Assembly: GCA_964057225.1 (NCBI GenBank)
Contig: OZ059898.1
Location: 5,890,001-5,954,000, forward strand
Direction: 5' to 3'
Length of the DNA: 64,000 bases
Source of the DNA: Auanema rhodensis
Lineage: Eukaryota > Animalia > Nematoda
Position 1 is the stretch's first letter. The number at the start of each line of letters is the position of its first letter. Positions 1 through 14,700 of this stretch are shown in pieces. The notes below the pieces were generated by a model, which ran no database searches, had not been told where the DNA came from, and saw nothing but the letters and a program-made list of their open reading frames with translations. A program made the translations under genes and the position numbers.

Positions 1-2020
1 TCTTCATAAAAACGTTTTCATTCAAATTGAATGGATCTGTTTGTAAATTCTTATGAAACGGTCCATAAATAGATTTAACATTTTCGTAATATTCGTTTGA
101 GATCTGAAAGTAATTATTTTTGTCAAAATAATCAATAGAAACAAGCTACATCAACAAAATCTAAAGTGAAGGGGAAATCTTGTTTGTCCCAAAGAGGATC
201 GTTAAAATAATACCATAGATATGCACGGTCTTGATCATCTTCATTCGAAAAATCAGCTAAACAAAATTAGAAAATGATGCTTATGAAGTAATACTCATAC
301 TGAAAGCGATTTCAACTCCTCCCAAAATAGTAGCTAATGTTTTCAAACCTTTCATAGCTTCAGCATCAGGCATTTTTCCATTTTGTACTGAAAATGATAA
401 AGGTATCAAAATATAAAACTAGTTGCTTATTAACCTAAAAAACTATAATTGAAGTATCTTTCAAAAACATTATCCATTTGTTTAGTTACACGAGCCATGC
501 GTTGAGCTTGAAGTTTAGGTCTTCTCAAAAGCCCCGTTCTAATAATAGCATTCTTTCGCCTTTTGATGCTCACTAATTCAAGACTTGTATTATGTAGAAG
601 TTGTACGGCAAAATTCTGAAATAATAAACGTCTTAATAAAAGAAACGAGAATAAACAGTTAAACAATTTGAAATAAATATTTTTCTAATACGATAGCTTT
701 CTAATAAGATTCATGTGGATTTCAAATTAATAAATATGCTTATACCAATAATATTAGAAGAAAAGAGAACTTCGATATTTTTAGAAAATTAAGTATATCA
801 AATTATATGATGTTCATAATGTATTACTTTCGCTTCCTTTTCCTTCACTTTCTCTTTTAAATATTGAGTCAACTGTTCTTCCGATACAAATGGTTTACAT
901 TTTATTTGTACAGCATTCTCCTAAAAAATAATGTGATGAGCATTTCATTTGATGAACAAACCTGCTTTGATATCATAAAAGGTTTCAAATTGCATAAGGA
1001 CCCTACTTTCACAGTGATACGATAAATACATGATGATAATTCTTGTACATCAGATATGTAAGCTTCATTTGAGGCGAGTTTGGGGTTACATTCAAACTAT
1101 AATATATATAGATACTCAAATTAATTAATATTGTAATGCTTACTCTTATAGCTGTTTTCCTCATCTGATTGTTATCCGCTAAATCACAAGCAGTTCCTCC
1201 ATCGTACATTTCTTCAAAGTAAAGAAGGCGCTCTTTAGTAGATTCCTAAATTTTACATGAGTTTATTACCAATATTAATGAGATTACAAGAAAGTCTGGC
1301 ATTTCATAGCGTCCTGTGAAATATCCCAAGGAATTCAACACATAATCTTTATCACCAGCTGTAATAAAACAGTAAATTAGTAGAAAGGCAAGAAATTACG
1401 GTTTCCGTGTATTTGTTTAATACTTTTTCCTTGGCAAACTTCATATTTCCACCATCCCAGATCCTTAAACACAATGCTGCTTGAAAGAGAGAAATTGTTT
1501 CTTACCTGTTTGACACATTTTCGAACGTAAAAACTAGCAGATACAATTTCTGATAAATATTTTGGATTATAACTTTCTTTAGGGCCACTGTCCGTTTTTT
1601 CATACTTCACCTAAATGTGAATATAACCATATAACTCATATGTTTCCTAGGTATTTAATCTAACCGGGGGAATTGTACACATAAAGCGCTGGCCATTTTT
1701 ACTAACAACCTGCTGAACTCCATCCTGATCTTTCTATAATTAATGGGATTATTGCAAACATCGTATCAACAAAAAAAACCATTCTTTTCAAAATTTCCTG
1801 TGCATATTCTTCTATGTTCGTCTCTTTTAATTCATCTAAATTTATGGATTCATCTAACCCGTGTACCTCACTATCCAAATTAATGTCATACAATCCATAC
1901 CTGCTCAAAATATAATCTCAGCTTGTTATTTTATTTTATATACCTTATTTCTTTTACATCATAACTAGATGAAGCCTCGTTAGCAAACCAAAGAACAAAT
2001 AAATATATGTATTTCATCAT
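1..2020 (-). CDS. OS-9/erlectin-family ER lectin with one MRH (PRKCSH-like) domain; multi-exon, 3' end lies beyond the left edge
   Basis: ATG at 2020 gives a signal peptide (MMKYIYLFVLWFANEASS). Spliced exons read DLGWWKYEVCQGKSIKQIHG, YFEEMYDGGTACDLADNNQMRKTAIR and FECNPKLASNEAYISDVQELSSCIYRITVKVGSLC, matching the WWxYExC / Y-x-x-G-x-x-C-D-L / R-x-T / E-x-x-x-C-x-Y MRH pattern. The last visible exon (ISNEYYENVK...) is open to position 1. Confidence 0.8.
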
Positions 2021-5000
2021 AGTGATTATAGGTAATATGTTAACATGCCAGTACTAAAATACTATAAATCATGAAAATAATAGGAATTCTCAATAGAAAT
2101 TCACATTTATAAGTTGTAAGCTAATATGACAAAATATACATGATTGTTGATTAACAAATATTGAAAACAGCTAACACGAGCGATACAATGTATATTTGCA
2201 AAATTTTAAGCAATATTGAAGAGTAAGTAAACTGTTTTCTAGATTAAATTAAGGGGTAGTTGAATAATACTTCGCTGTTGTACATGATTCTATAATAAGC
2301 TCGTGCGAGTTTCTGTTATTTGTCATATGCGCTCTAATAACACTTACATTTGGACCAACGTCAAACACGACAAATTTGATCGATGTTAGATGAAACATAA
2401 AATATTTGAGAATTAAAGTGGAAATTATTTAAACTTAACTGTGGCAGATGCTAAGCAGGCTATTATTGAGTATTATTGTGTCTATAGAAGATGTTAATTC
2501 AAAGTTACTATATCCTACTTATACGAATATCAGCCAAAAGGTAATAAATACATTTGTTATTTGTTAAGCGGAGCCATGGTTACCGTGAAGATAGGTTTTA
2601 AACAAAAGTAATTTAGATATCATTTCATATTAAAGCTGGAAGTTAATGAATATTAAGTATTTATTTAAGTATCGAATGATCCAATCAAGATTCTCAATTC
2701 TTCTAATATTTAGAGTTAATTAAGAATTACAACTCATATTTCTAAAAGCATAAGCATTACGAGGCATTTAAATTGATAACCAAAGACGTATTGATATTAT
2801 TCAAAAGCATTAGTAACTTGACAGAAAAATATGTGTTTACGTGATCATCAACTTAATTAGATTCATTAATACAAGACTCAAAATCTTCAGCTAGTTTTAC
2901 GGATAATTAGACGAGTTAAACAAATAGTGTTACATTTCATAACTTAAAATAAATAGGCTAATTAATATTAATCGTTTTTCCATGTCGAGATTCGTTATAA
3001 AATAGGTTGAAAGTAAGCTTGTTTACTTTTGGAGTAATTGAACGTAGAAAGACATAAACTTTGTTAATATTGATTAAATATTATTGCTGGAGGAAAACAT
3101 TGGAGTAAAGATAATTTAAAAAGTATTAAAATAATTGAAAATTAAAAAAGGAATGTTCGCATGTTTGTGCCGGACACTACTCAGAAGTATGTAAAAAGGA
3201 GAAGCTCAAATTTTCATCAAGCAGAATGATTTGGTCTATTTTCAAAAAAATTAGATCTATGGATAACAAAAAAATGTCTGTACCTTACAGTGAAAAGCAA
3301 AACTTATTAATAAAAGTATATGTGAAAATGTATATTGTATGTTATATGAATCATAGTATATTTCTTTATCTTTGAGGAAACATTAACTAAAAGTATTTGT
3401 AAAAGTCTATTTGACTGTTATGGACATTCATATTATATCAGCAATTTCATAGAGAAAAATAGCAATTTGCAGATTCACTGATAAAATTGAGTTTTAAGAT
3501 ATTTGGAGAAAACCAATAAATCAATGTTGATAAAATTTTCACAAAAACAATTATAATTTAATATTACCATAAACGACTACTTTTAAGTGAATGTGCATAT
3601 ACATATAGCTAAGACACAAAAAACCGAGAAATGTTGAGAGTTCACCGGACTTTCGTTTCGAGTAGTCGAATTTTAATACTAAGAAACTGATGGGTTCTAC
3701 TACAATTACTAATTTGAACCCGTTTCTTTTTGGAATTTTTATAATCATTCATAAACTATGACCGTATATGAAGCTATTTAAAACAACATTAAATATGTCT
3801 TCTCCTAATTGGACCATATATATATAGAAACTTAACAAAACATTGTACTTTTCATATATTTATTTTGGCTCCTTTGGATTAAATGAAATACAGGTGCTAC
3901 CTAGATGTGGCTAAGTGCTAGAAAGCATAGGAAACTCAGACAAATAAGGCTTGTATCTTCTCAAGTTTCATGCTTATCTCCTATAGCTAGATTCCCTGTT
4001 GAACACTCAAAGTATATTGTTTCTACTACAAAAACATAAGAAGATGAAAATTTTCTTAAAATCTGGATTTTTCTTAGCAAAACTACCAATTTAAATGATC
4101 CTGATCTTGATAATTAGAAAAAAGAATAATATTGTTATCAGAATAGATTATATCAAAACTTCTTGAAAAATATCCGGTTATTGCTTCCGTTACAGCTCAT
4201 TAAATGTCAAAAATTTCTCCACTTCTGGACTCAGGCGAGAAATAAGTTTCAGCTGTTGTTGACTGATTTTGATAGGAATCTGGTCAGTCGTTATTCATCA
4301 AATATTGACCTATGATTAAAAGCAATCAATTATTGTTCAATATTATCAACTGAAAACATTAGCAAAAAAAATTAATCTTAGAGGTAATCCCAATTAAAAA
4401 AAAAACACAATTTCCTATAAGCTCAGAGTGTATGCGTTTGGGCTCTTATGGTTGGCTCACGTGCCTTTCAACTTGTACTTTGTATACAGTTTTACTCAAA
4501 ACTTTGCTAGTCTCTTATTAAATTGATTTGTGAAAATGAATGAAAAACATTTAAGTACTAACATGCAAATTTACATAATCGTTTTGTATTATCATTTTAT
4601 AGTATTTTTAAAAATATGATATGTCAAGACTGTGATTTCTTCTTTTTCTCATGTTTTGAGTTTGGTATAATTTTTCTGACTCTGAGAAGTTTAATGAAAA
4701 AAACTAGCATTCAATTAATTTAGGGAAAAATCTATTTTTCTTTTGGACTCATTTGCAGCTTTTCATCACGATCTCGTAATTGATCTCACATCATCTACTT
4801 TTTCATCTCAAACAGTCGCCTTCTGCTGTCTTGTCCGTTGATCTGTAGAAGCATATTAGTTTGTTTTCATTGCGGTTTTTCTCAATTTCAGTCAGTTTAG
4901 AATCCAGTCAGACAGGTCCACCTGTCATTTTCTAGCTTTAGGCTTGTGCCCGTGGCGATGTCCAGCGGACTCCGCCCAATTGAGCCCCGCTTCTGTACAG

Positions 5001-5008
5001 TATATAAG
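5001..5008 (+). promoter_or_regulatory. TATA box of the Gly-rich gene
   Basis: TATATAAG 80 nt upstream of ATG 5081, inside a locally GC-richer proximal promoter (about 4900-5040). Confidence 0.55.
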
Positions 5009-5080
5009 AGAGCGATCGCCGTTCCAATGCATCCAGCTCATTTGGTTTGTATATCTGACAAACATTTGAGATTTGAACCA

Positions 5081-6737
5081 ATGAAACAAAGGTTAGTTTT
5101 GTCTTTTATATGATTTTAATACAACTAATATTCTCTATTTAAATCTATTTTATTCTTTCAAGTTATTAGACATTTTTGCGCTAAGTATCTACGTTTTAGT
5201 TTGCGATAATAGAAATAGTGTCAAAAGGAAATTTATTAATTCGTGTTTCCTAAAACTTTAACAAGTCTGAAATTTTGAGCATCTTTTCCGAACATTGTTT
5301 TGTTCAATTCTTCTCTTAACTTATATTTCAAATGTAGGGGGCGAAATAAATATTTTTAGTAAGGCTTAATAAAATACTTTTATATAACTATACATACCAA
5401 ATACTTAAATGAAATATACCATTCTTTTTAAATTCTTAATAGACATCTTCCGGCCGTGACAAGACTTCTTATCCTATCCTTTGTCCAAGTCAAGTATCAA
5501 ATGCTTTTCGATCGCGGGGCTTATTTATTCACCGTGCTTCACAGCATCCTTTCTCTATTGATGCTTATTCATCACCCTTTTATGAATTCGAGCCCGACCT
5601 TCTCTGTTCTGACATCACACCTCCTGTTTGTTTGTTCGTTTGTCTTCATGATGACGAGTGCTTCTCAGATGACAGATCCTTCTTTACAAATTGTCTGAGG
5701 CTCTTCATTCAATCAATGAGAGATGTATTAACAAAAACAAAAGATTTTATAAAATTGACGTTTACTTCTATTTTTAATTCAGAACTGTTCTTCTGTTAGC
5801 CCTTCTGGGCACGACTACCTTGGCTGCCCCAACTACATCATCAGCTGAAACAACTGCTCCATCTATTCCTGAGGAAGCTATTGCACCGCAAGCTGACGAT
5901 GTGGTTTCTTCCTTGAAAGGCCATGTTGCCAAAGATATGAGAGGACGTAAAAGAAGTATGTATTTGAAATTCTATAAATTAAACTCTCAGTGCGTTCAGA
6001 TCCATTCCAATCATTCAATGGTGGATTTGGATCCTATAACGGAGGATTCGGTGGTGGGCGTCCATTTAATAACTTTAATGGAGGTTATGGAATGGGAGGA
6101 GGTGGATATGGTAACGAAGGAGATTTTGGTGGATTCGGTGGAGGCGGCGGAGATTATGGAAACGGAGGATATGGAAACTTTGGAAATGGAAACGGAGGTT
6201 TCGGAATGGGAGGACAAGGTGGCTACGGTAAAATTTTACTCTTGATAATTATTTTGACACACGAGCTTTAGGAATGGGAGGTGGCTACAATGGTGGTGGG
6301 GATTACCAACCATTCGGTGGTGGAATGATGGGCGGCGGAGGAGGATACGGCCCTGATAACTATGGTTATGGAAACGGAGGTTATGGAAATGGCATGGGAG
6401 GTGGAATGGGAGGAGGAGGTTTCTTACTAATTTACGTTAAAGTTATAAACAAAAATAATTCAGATTTCGGAGGACAAGGCTTCGGAGGATACGGAGGAGG
6501 GTACGGTAACGGAATGGGAGGAGGATACAACGGAGGTGGAGGAGGAGGAATGGGAGGTACGATATTAATTTAATAAAATAAGACAAAAATTAAAAGAACA
6601 TTCAATGAATATTAATCCGGTGAGTTGCAGGAGGAGGTGACTTCGGTGGCGGAGGATACGGTAGCCCATACGGTGGAGGATACGGACCCATGGGAGGAGG
6701 AGGATGTCCAAACGGAGAATGTCGTGGACGCAAGTAA
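5081..6737 (+). CDS. Secreted Gly/Tyr/Asn/Met-rich precursor (NLP-29/caenacin-like or glycine-rich secreted protein)
   Basis: Six GT-AG exons (5081-5091, 5783-5955, 5991-6227, 6272-6418, 6464-6556, 6631-6737) splice in frame: MKQRTVLLLALLGTTTLA signal peptide, Ser/Thr/acidic pro-region, RGRKR, GGYGNGMGGG-type repeats, ending GGCPNGECRGRK-stop. Confidence 0.85.
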
Positions 6738-9700
6738 ACCCATTACTATAAAGGAAACATCCTCTAATTAACTATAATTTATTTGTTTCCTTGATATTTT
6801 ATTTATTGGAACTTAATAATTTTCTTTTTCTTTGTCAATCTTTTTATATTTATCATTATATTGTGGACAATATCGTGCATATTAAGATGAATACTTAAAT
6901 TCGTCTTCAGCACACGTCACAGGTGCCTTCCATTAGCTCACTAATTCGTTTCTGTCTTTCTTTTTTCATTTGTGAAAATAAAAGTTATTATTTAAAGTAT
7001 TCAATAACTAAAAAATATGCATACGTATATATTTGTATATATAATATTATGATGAGAACATAACGACAGACATAAGAGATCAATTAGTGACAGCAGATAC
7101 AATCAACTGAGAGACATATAAACGAGAAACAAAATAAGAATAAAAGAATAAAGAAAATAGCCTTATATATTAATGTAAAATATAACTATTTAAAGTAAAC
7201 AATAGAAGTAAGCAAGATACTTTAGAATTTTATCTTTTCTTTTATACTATACACATACTCACGTTCACACATTAATTACTCACAATTTCTCGGACTCAAG
7301 TACAAAAATAATAACGTTAGTTATTAAAATAATAATTACCATACAATGTTTTAAATTTGTTGTTAAGGACATTAAATATCATTTGAGGTATGTGACGTCA
7401 TGGACAAAAAAAAGCTTTAGTAAACGAATTGATTCATTTTACAAGAGGGTAAGATTTTAAGACCCAACCCGAATTTGTACTAATCATGAGCTATCAAATT
7501 TACTTCCTTCTTGATCATCCGAACGAATTAAACGTATGATAATTCGAGCTTTTTTAACCAAATTATATATTGGATTACTGAGTGATACCTGTAAAATTAC
7601 AATGTTAAAAATAGCTTTTCTATATCCGAAAATAGCTCACCGGTGCTTCGAAAAATGTCAAAGCCGGTTTTTCGGCTTGCATATTCTCCTTATATACATA
7701 ATCCTGATCAATTGGAAAATCTTTTATGTCATCCAAGTCATCAAATACTTGAGCTTGTCCTAACAAATTGAAGGGCTGAAAAACCTATTTTATGATACTA
7801 ATTTAATGTATATATTTATTAATGTAATTATATAAAATTTGTATTTCAATTTTTTATGAGTTAAATAGAGTTCAAAAAATATTACAAACCTTTGCTGTCG
7901 TGCTCAGCGTCAAGTATATAATTAAAAATAATAAACTGTAGATAATACTGAGGTTCATCTGAAATATTGAATGAATAAACTTTATATACATTTAATTAAA
8001 AACTATATAAAAAAAATACAAAACATAGTTGAGAAAATGACGTTTCAGTAGAAATAACTGTAAATAAGCTTAACTAAATAAGCTGCAACTATTCAGCTGT
8101 CCAAAAAATATTGAAAAATGAGACTATTCAATATAATTAACATAAAAATATAAACACTTAAAAATCATATGCAGCATTTCAGCAGCTGATTTAAAAATGA
8201 AAACTAATTAAAAAGCCGTCTTAAAGGAATGAATAAGATATATATGCAATCTAAAATACTGTTTTTATTTGATTTTCTGAACCTAACAGAAAAATTTATT
8301 TGAAAGGAAAAGAAAAATATTTTAAATATTTTGAACTGTAAATATACTTGAACTAGTTGGGAGGGGATGTTTGATAGTTAAGAATTGGTGAATGATCATT
8401 TATCCATGTGATTTGTGAAGCTATTTCTCTTAAAAAAGCCTTTCACTATCTGGATTTAGCTTTTGGGATATGATGCTAAGCTTTCCAGAACGTTTAACAG
8501 CATAGAGAAGAGTGATCTTTGTTTGGTTATTGCTCAATATTGACCACATCATATATTTTCTTTTGGTAGAAGTAAATGAACTGGAAAAAGATTATCCGGA
8601 AAACGACAAAAACCAATATCCTTATCCACCCGCCCACCCAAACAGTTCACTTAGATATATTTGAACAAAGAAAGTGTAAGCTTTTCTGCTTATACCAATT
8701 CATTGAAACTATTACCAATTCAATCTGATACTGACATCATTAGTTTCAACCAACGTTTCTTTTCAAACTTGTTTGAACCATCTTTTGTAAATTTTATATT
8801 AATTATAGAACATTAAGCTAAAAACTCTAACAAACCAAATTTTCTCCCGCACATGTAGATATTACTAATAATATGAGTACGTACAAGATTATATATTATT
8901 AAATCACTTTTCTCCCTTCACTAACCATGCGAAAAAAAAGAGAAAAAATATTTGATTCGAAAGACTGACTAGAAAGACTCCCAAGTTTCCAAATTTCGTC
9001 AATCAGTTTTTCATGTGGTTTTTCTACTTTACCTTTACCAAATACACATGACATGATTTCAAAAGTTTTAAAATTCATAAATCTTTGAACTAGATTCATA
9101 GTACGTTGATAGAGATATACATCTTAAAAGTTTAGAAGTTACAAGAAATACTATATATCGTCTATCTAAACGAATGATTCAAGCCAGAAGAAAAAAAAAC
9201 GAAGAAAAAACAAAACTATGGGATATTTCATATGAAAGAAACAAAAACTAATGAATGAAAGAAATGCAATTTATGCTGAAAAGAAATCCTCAGAGAGTTT
9301 GAATAGTATTATGAAGAAAATATTTTGAAAATGTGAATAGAGCTTAAGATTAAGTTGGTAAGCTACATGAAATAGATTTCTTTTCATTTTTAGTTTTCAT
9401 TACCTTGTTACAATGAATATATTTTGATAACAGCTCATAATGTACCTAGGTGATTTAAAAATGATTCCTACTATACCATAAGAGAACTTATATAGAAAAG
9501 TAGAAAGTATCAATGCCTTTCAGAAGACGTTATTTTCATGTATAGCATGAAAATACGTTTATGCTGTTTGCATTCCAAACTAACGTATTTTGCAAAAAGC
9601 TTTGATCCCTTTTTTGTCTTTTCTTGTCCCTCCCCTTGCTCAAAGAAACTACAACATCTTTCTAAGAAACTCCTTTATCATTACCTCATGGAATAAAAGT

Positions 9701-11059
9701 TATCTATATCACATACAGTTTGTAACTCTTACCTAAATCAAAATTGTCAGAATTAAATATAAACATCAATTAAAATGAAGATAGAATATTATGTTATAGC
9801 TAGAAATATTATTTAAACAAATTTTCCATAAAAGAGTAAAAGCAAATTTTGTGAAAAAGTATGTTAAAAGTGATGTTCATGATTGAAATTTTGAAACCTC
9901 TTATAATACTACAAAAAGTATTTTGAGAAGTCTTATGTTCTCATGTTTAAATATAGTTATGTGGTTCAGTTTTATATGTATGTAATCGTTTATGTGAAAC
10001 GTAGAATAATGGATATATTTCTTTTTTTTTCTGATTGCCAATGTTTTATTTTGCACATTTTACTGTTATTTTTTTGAAAATCTCACGAAATATAAATACA
10101 AAACTTTTGTGTTATTAGAAATATTCAATTTAGATTTTTGAATTTTTGAAAGCATGTGAAAGCATATTGCAAAGGTTGGTAATATAAATAATGTATAGGT
10201 TTAACTTATACTATATATGTATATATGCTAATGAACATAAACATTTCAAGCTATATAATCACTATTTCATGAAATATACTCATAACTTGATATTGAAAAA
10301 TCAGTAGTTAAAAAATATTCCCAGAACAATTATAATTTTTTTGAACTACATACTAATTCAATGGAATTTCAGACATTTGTATTCTGGGTAGAAAGCATAG
10401 TGAATAATTAGTTAAAGAATTCAAAAAACTGTTCTATAGCCTTAAAATTTAAATGATTTGTACTATGTACTAAAAAGTTTGAAAGAGTAAAGAAACGAAA
10501 GGAGAGAAAGAGAGAAATAATAATCCGTAGAGGGCTGTATATACAAAGAATTTTTAAAATAAAATATATAGAGAAAACTGTTTTGAACATATGATTATAA
10601 TTAATTAAAAATTCATATAATCTGTAACACAGTAGACATAAACTACAGTAGTAGTATATCACGACATTAGACAATAGTAAAAATTTGAAAAAAAATAAAA
10701 AAAAATTTAAAAATAATCAAACAATAGGATTATATAATTAATTAATTGAATTAGTTATAGAAAAAGTTATACGAAAAAATGGAGCAAAACGTGTCTCAAT
10801 CATTCAATCTCTCAAAGTGACAGAAACATGTGGAAGCTTTTAAATGATATAATAACGTTAATTGACATATCTGAAATGGTTATGAGCTTATGTTTCAAAA
10901 TGAGCTGATCTAACTTTTATGTTGAACTAGCTATTATGCTGGATGAAAGATGATTACAATCATCTATGTCGTATACAGATGGAAATATTAATTTCTTTTC
11001 AATTTTCCGAATAAATTATTTTATAATTTATTTGAAATATTATTTTTGATGCTTCATTC

Positions 11060-11764
11060 ACACTTATCTATAATGAATAAAACAGTTGGATTAAATCAGA
11101 ATTATAAAAGGATCACATGTGGGTTCTCTTGGATGCAATATGATCGAATTAAACTATTCATTGAATACAATCTAAACACAAAAAAAAACTTAGAATTTTG
11201 TTTTTAAAATAAAACAAACAAATAGTAAATGTAATGATTTTAAATTGCTCATCCGATAGCAAGTAAAACTATGATTGAAAATGAACTATCAATTCATATG
11301 TATACGCGCATGATGTCATTTGTCATTTTCATTTGACGTCAGTAAACTAACTCTTCATGTACTGGACATTTAAAATCATAAAACTTAATCATGAAAATTG
11401 CTAGAAAACAATATAATAAAAAGTGTTTGAAAAAGTTTCAAACAATTTCATAAAAAATTCTCTTTCATTTTCTTTTTAAGAGAAAGAGGCTAAAATTTAT
11501 TGTGAATTTTGCATTTGAAATATAATCAAAATAGAACAATGAACGAAAAGATGAAAATATTCATCTATATAACTATATTTAAAATTTAAAAGAAGGATTT
11601 ACATACTATCAGATACATAATATCTTCAGATTTTCTTTCTTGTTTAGAATACGACGTCATTCAAATCGGATATATTATATACATTTATAGACATGTACGT
11701 GTCCATATCCATACATATGGGCATGAACATATTCTCCGCCTACACTTATCTATAATGAATAAAA
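11060..11764. repeat. Exact 23-bp direct repeat pair ACACTTATCTATAATGAATAAAA
   Basis: Copies at 11060-11082 and 11742-11764. Confidence 0.7.
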
Positions 11765-14700
11765 AAAGTTGTTCTTTTTAAAGAAACTTATTTTCTACTT
11801 AGTACTTGTAAGCATATACTTAAGTAAGCTTAATGAACATAAAAATATTTTTATTGATGATAACTGGAACTTGGAAGCAAAGGAACAACAACATTTTAAA
11901 AATATTTTCATTTTACAAACCAAAGAATCTCAAATATATTTCATATATCAAGCAAGCCCTTTTCAAATATACATATACATATATACAGTTCTGTAATAAA
12001 TTTCAAAATTACGTATTACCTACAGTGAGTTTATTTCTTTTAAGTTTGTCTACTTTTGAACAACTTTGTATATTACATATACACATAACAACTATATAAA
12101 AATTTAATTTCAAAATATTGTATTATATGGCATTAAGTATACATTTTTCTTTTTATTTTAAGTAATAAAATTCATATTATATAATTTATATTTAGATGGG
12201 CATATCTATCTATGAGTGTTTATTATAGATACAAATGCATATCATCAGAATTAAAAAATATTAAGAGATATTGATAAGATAATATTAATAAGAATCATTG
12301 TTGATATTGAAGTTAGACGATTGATAAGTTTTGAAACGATGTTTTCCAATTCATTATCTAATGCTCAATTACAATTTTAAAAAAGATATGGTTCTAATTT
12401 TAATGACGAGAGATAAGAATAGAAAGGAAACTGAGATTCAACTTCTTATTATTGGATTAATTTTCTTCCGTTCAGGTTTATAATAGCTTCACCTGATCTC
12501 ACAGTATTTTTCCAGAATTTATTTCTCTCAACTCAATGACAGATAGCTATATCATTCATCTATCTTCATCATATTTCTTTTTATAAAATTAGAAAAAAAA
12601 ACAGAAAAAAACAATAATAGAAATAGATTTCGGTGATCTTTATCTTTCAAAATGTCAAACTACATATCAAGCAACATAGCTTAGTTTAGTATTTCATTAT
12701 TCTCATTTATCATAGCTTATCTTGTAAAGATTTAAATAATATCTGAAAAACTTATAATAAATTTTAAAAACAATTTTTTATAGTTTTAAAATGAAAAAAC
12801 ATAAAGATGTTACACTTTAAGATACCACGAAGTAAGAGTAGGAAAAACATTTAATAAATACGAGAGGTGATGTTGAGTAATAACGATTGTAAACATAATG
12901 AAGCTCAGAGAAATACAACGAAAATTAAAATAAATACATTTTGTTATCGAAAATATATGAAAAATAATGCATCATTGAGTTTTATGAAACATTCATTTTT
13001 AAGTTTTGGATATTCAGAAGAAGTGTATTGACTTATAAGTGTAGGTGGGAACATAATGATGACATATAACACAAATATCAAAAGATATTATGAAATTAAT
13101 AAAAAATAGAAAAAAATTAATAATTACTAAGTAAAGATGATTTAAAAAAACCGATATATTTAATTTTAGATAATTACGTTAAGTTGCTGGCATTCATTTA
13201 TGTTGATTATATTTAAATATTTCATTAATAATAATAAAAACAATTTTAATTCATCAAATATATATGTAAGTATAGAAAAGTGGATAAAATTTAATATATC
13301 TACATATATAAGGTATGATTATAATTATAATAACTAAATTAATTATTTAATAAATAATAACTATAATTGTTTGTCAAACTTTCAACAATGCTTGCGCTAC
13401 AGGTGAACATTAAGCTTATGTTGTTATTTTATATTTAGTTAATTATTTTCTAAAAGGCATAGTTATATGTTATTCATCAATTATAGTATACATGGTGTAC
13501 TTTCCTTTGCTTTTTTTCAATAACTTAAGTAATGTAATAGATGTCAATAGAAAATATGATATTATATACTATAAAAACTATTTGATGGAGTTAAAAATAA
13601 TATTCACATTACAGAGAAGAAAAAGTAAGAGAGAGAATGAGAAGGGGGTATGGGAGAATAGTTCAAAGATATCCTCGTGGTCATTCTAATATCATTAATT
13701 CTATTTCATTATTTTTACGATTTCAAAGCATTTGGCTGAACCATGTCACATGCTTCAAGTTTCAATGTGCCTCTTTCTGCCTAAGAAGCCAAACATAAAC
13801 AGAAATGGAGGAAAAAAAAGAAAATGACGAACAAACATTTCAAATTTGTATACTCTTATGTCACATAATTGCTATTATTCAAGTATTTCATCTTGGAACA
13901 GAACAAACTTTCCTTGAACTTCAACAGCGTAAGATATTTTACATAATTAAAAATGAAAATATAGTCAAAGACGGGGTCAAACTTAAAGTTTCATCATCAA
14001 AGATCTTTCTGATTAGCTATTTAGTATAGTTATTTAAATTTTGATCTTGGAAGATGAGAAACTAAGCATTTTGTCATTAGGAATTTCAATTCGTTCAACT
14101 TAATTCCTCATTTTTAACAAGATATCTTGCAAATGCATCTCAATTAACATTGCCGGATAAGAACTCGTAGGGGGTGCGTGGGTTTCATGAAAATATAGAT
14201 ATTTTTGATCATTACGTATTATAATCAGAACATAAGATAATGCTTTGTCCTTTCTTGAAAAAAAGAAAATTTGTACAAGATTATGTTGAATAAGTGCTTG
14301 TAAAGGTTTTTTTTTATAAGAAATTTGTGCTTATTCAATGAATCACTATAAGTAGCTCGACGACATTTAGTATGGCCATTTATCAGCTTCCGGAAAAGAA
14401 AGGGTTATAGTTAGTTGACAAAGTGAACTTTTATCTGATATTTTCAGTAGATAATAGATATTAAAATATTTTAATGATCTCTACAAGTAAATTAAATGAT
14501 ATGCCTATTCATCTGTATGACGTAGTCATATTCCAAAAGTGGTTTTGATCTTTCACAGAAGTATAAACAAAAGAAAAAAATATTTTTATAAGTTTTGCAA
14601 TAAAAACCAAATATATATAATTACGAGGAAATAGATTAAGATGAGGCTTTAATTTCAAAAAAATCAAATAAATGGATATATATATATGTGTATATATATA

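Noticed and set aside
5956-6245. ORF-track proteins 5820..6245 (3' half) and 6011..6217 with MEVME or SVSIS repeats
   Set aside because: They are shifted-frame and antisense readings of the Gly-rich exon; the spliced frame is GGYG.
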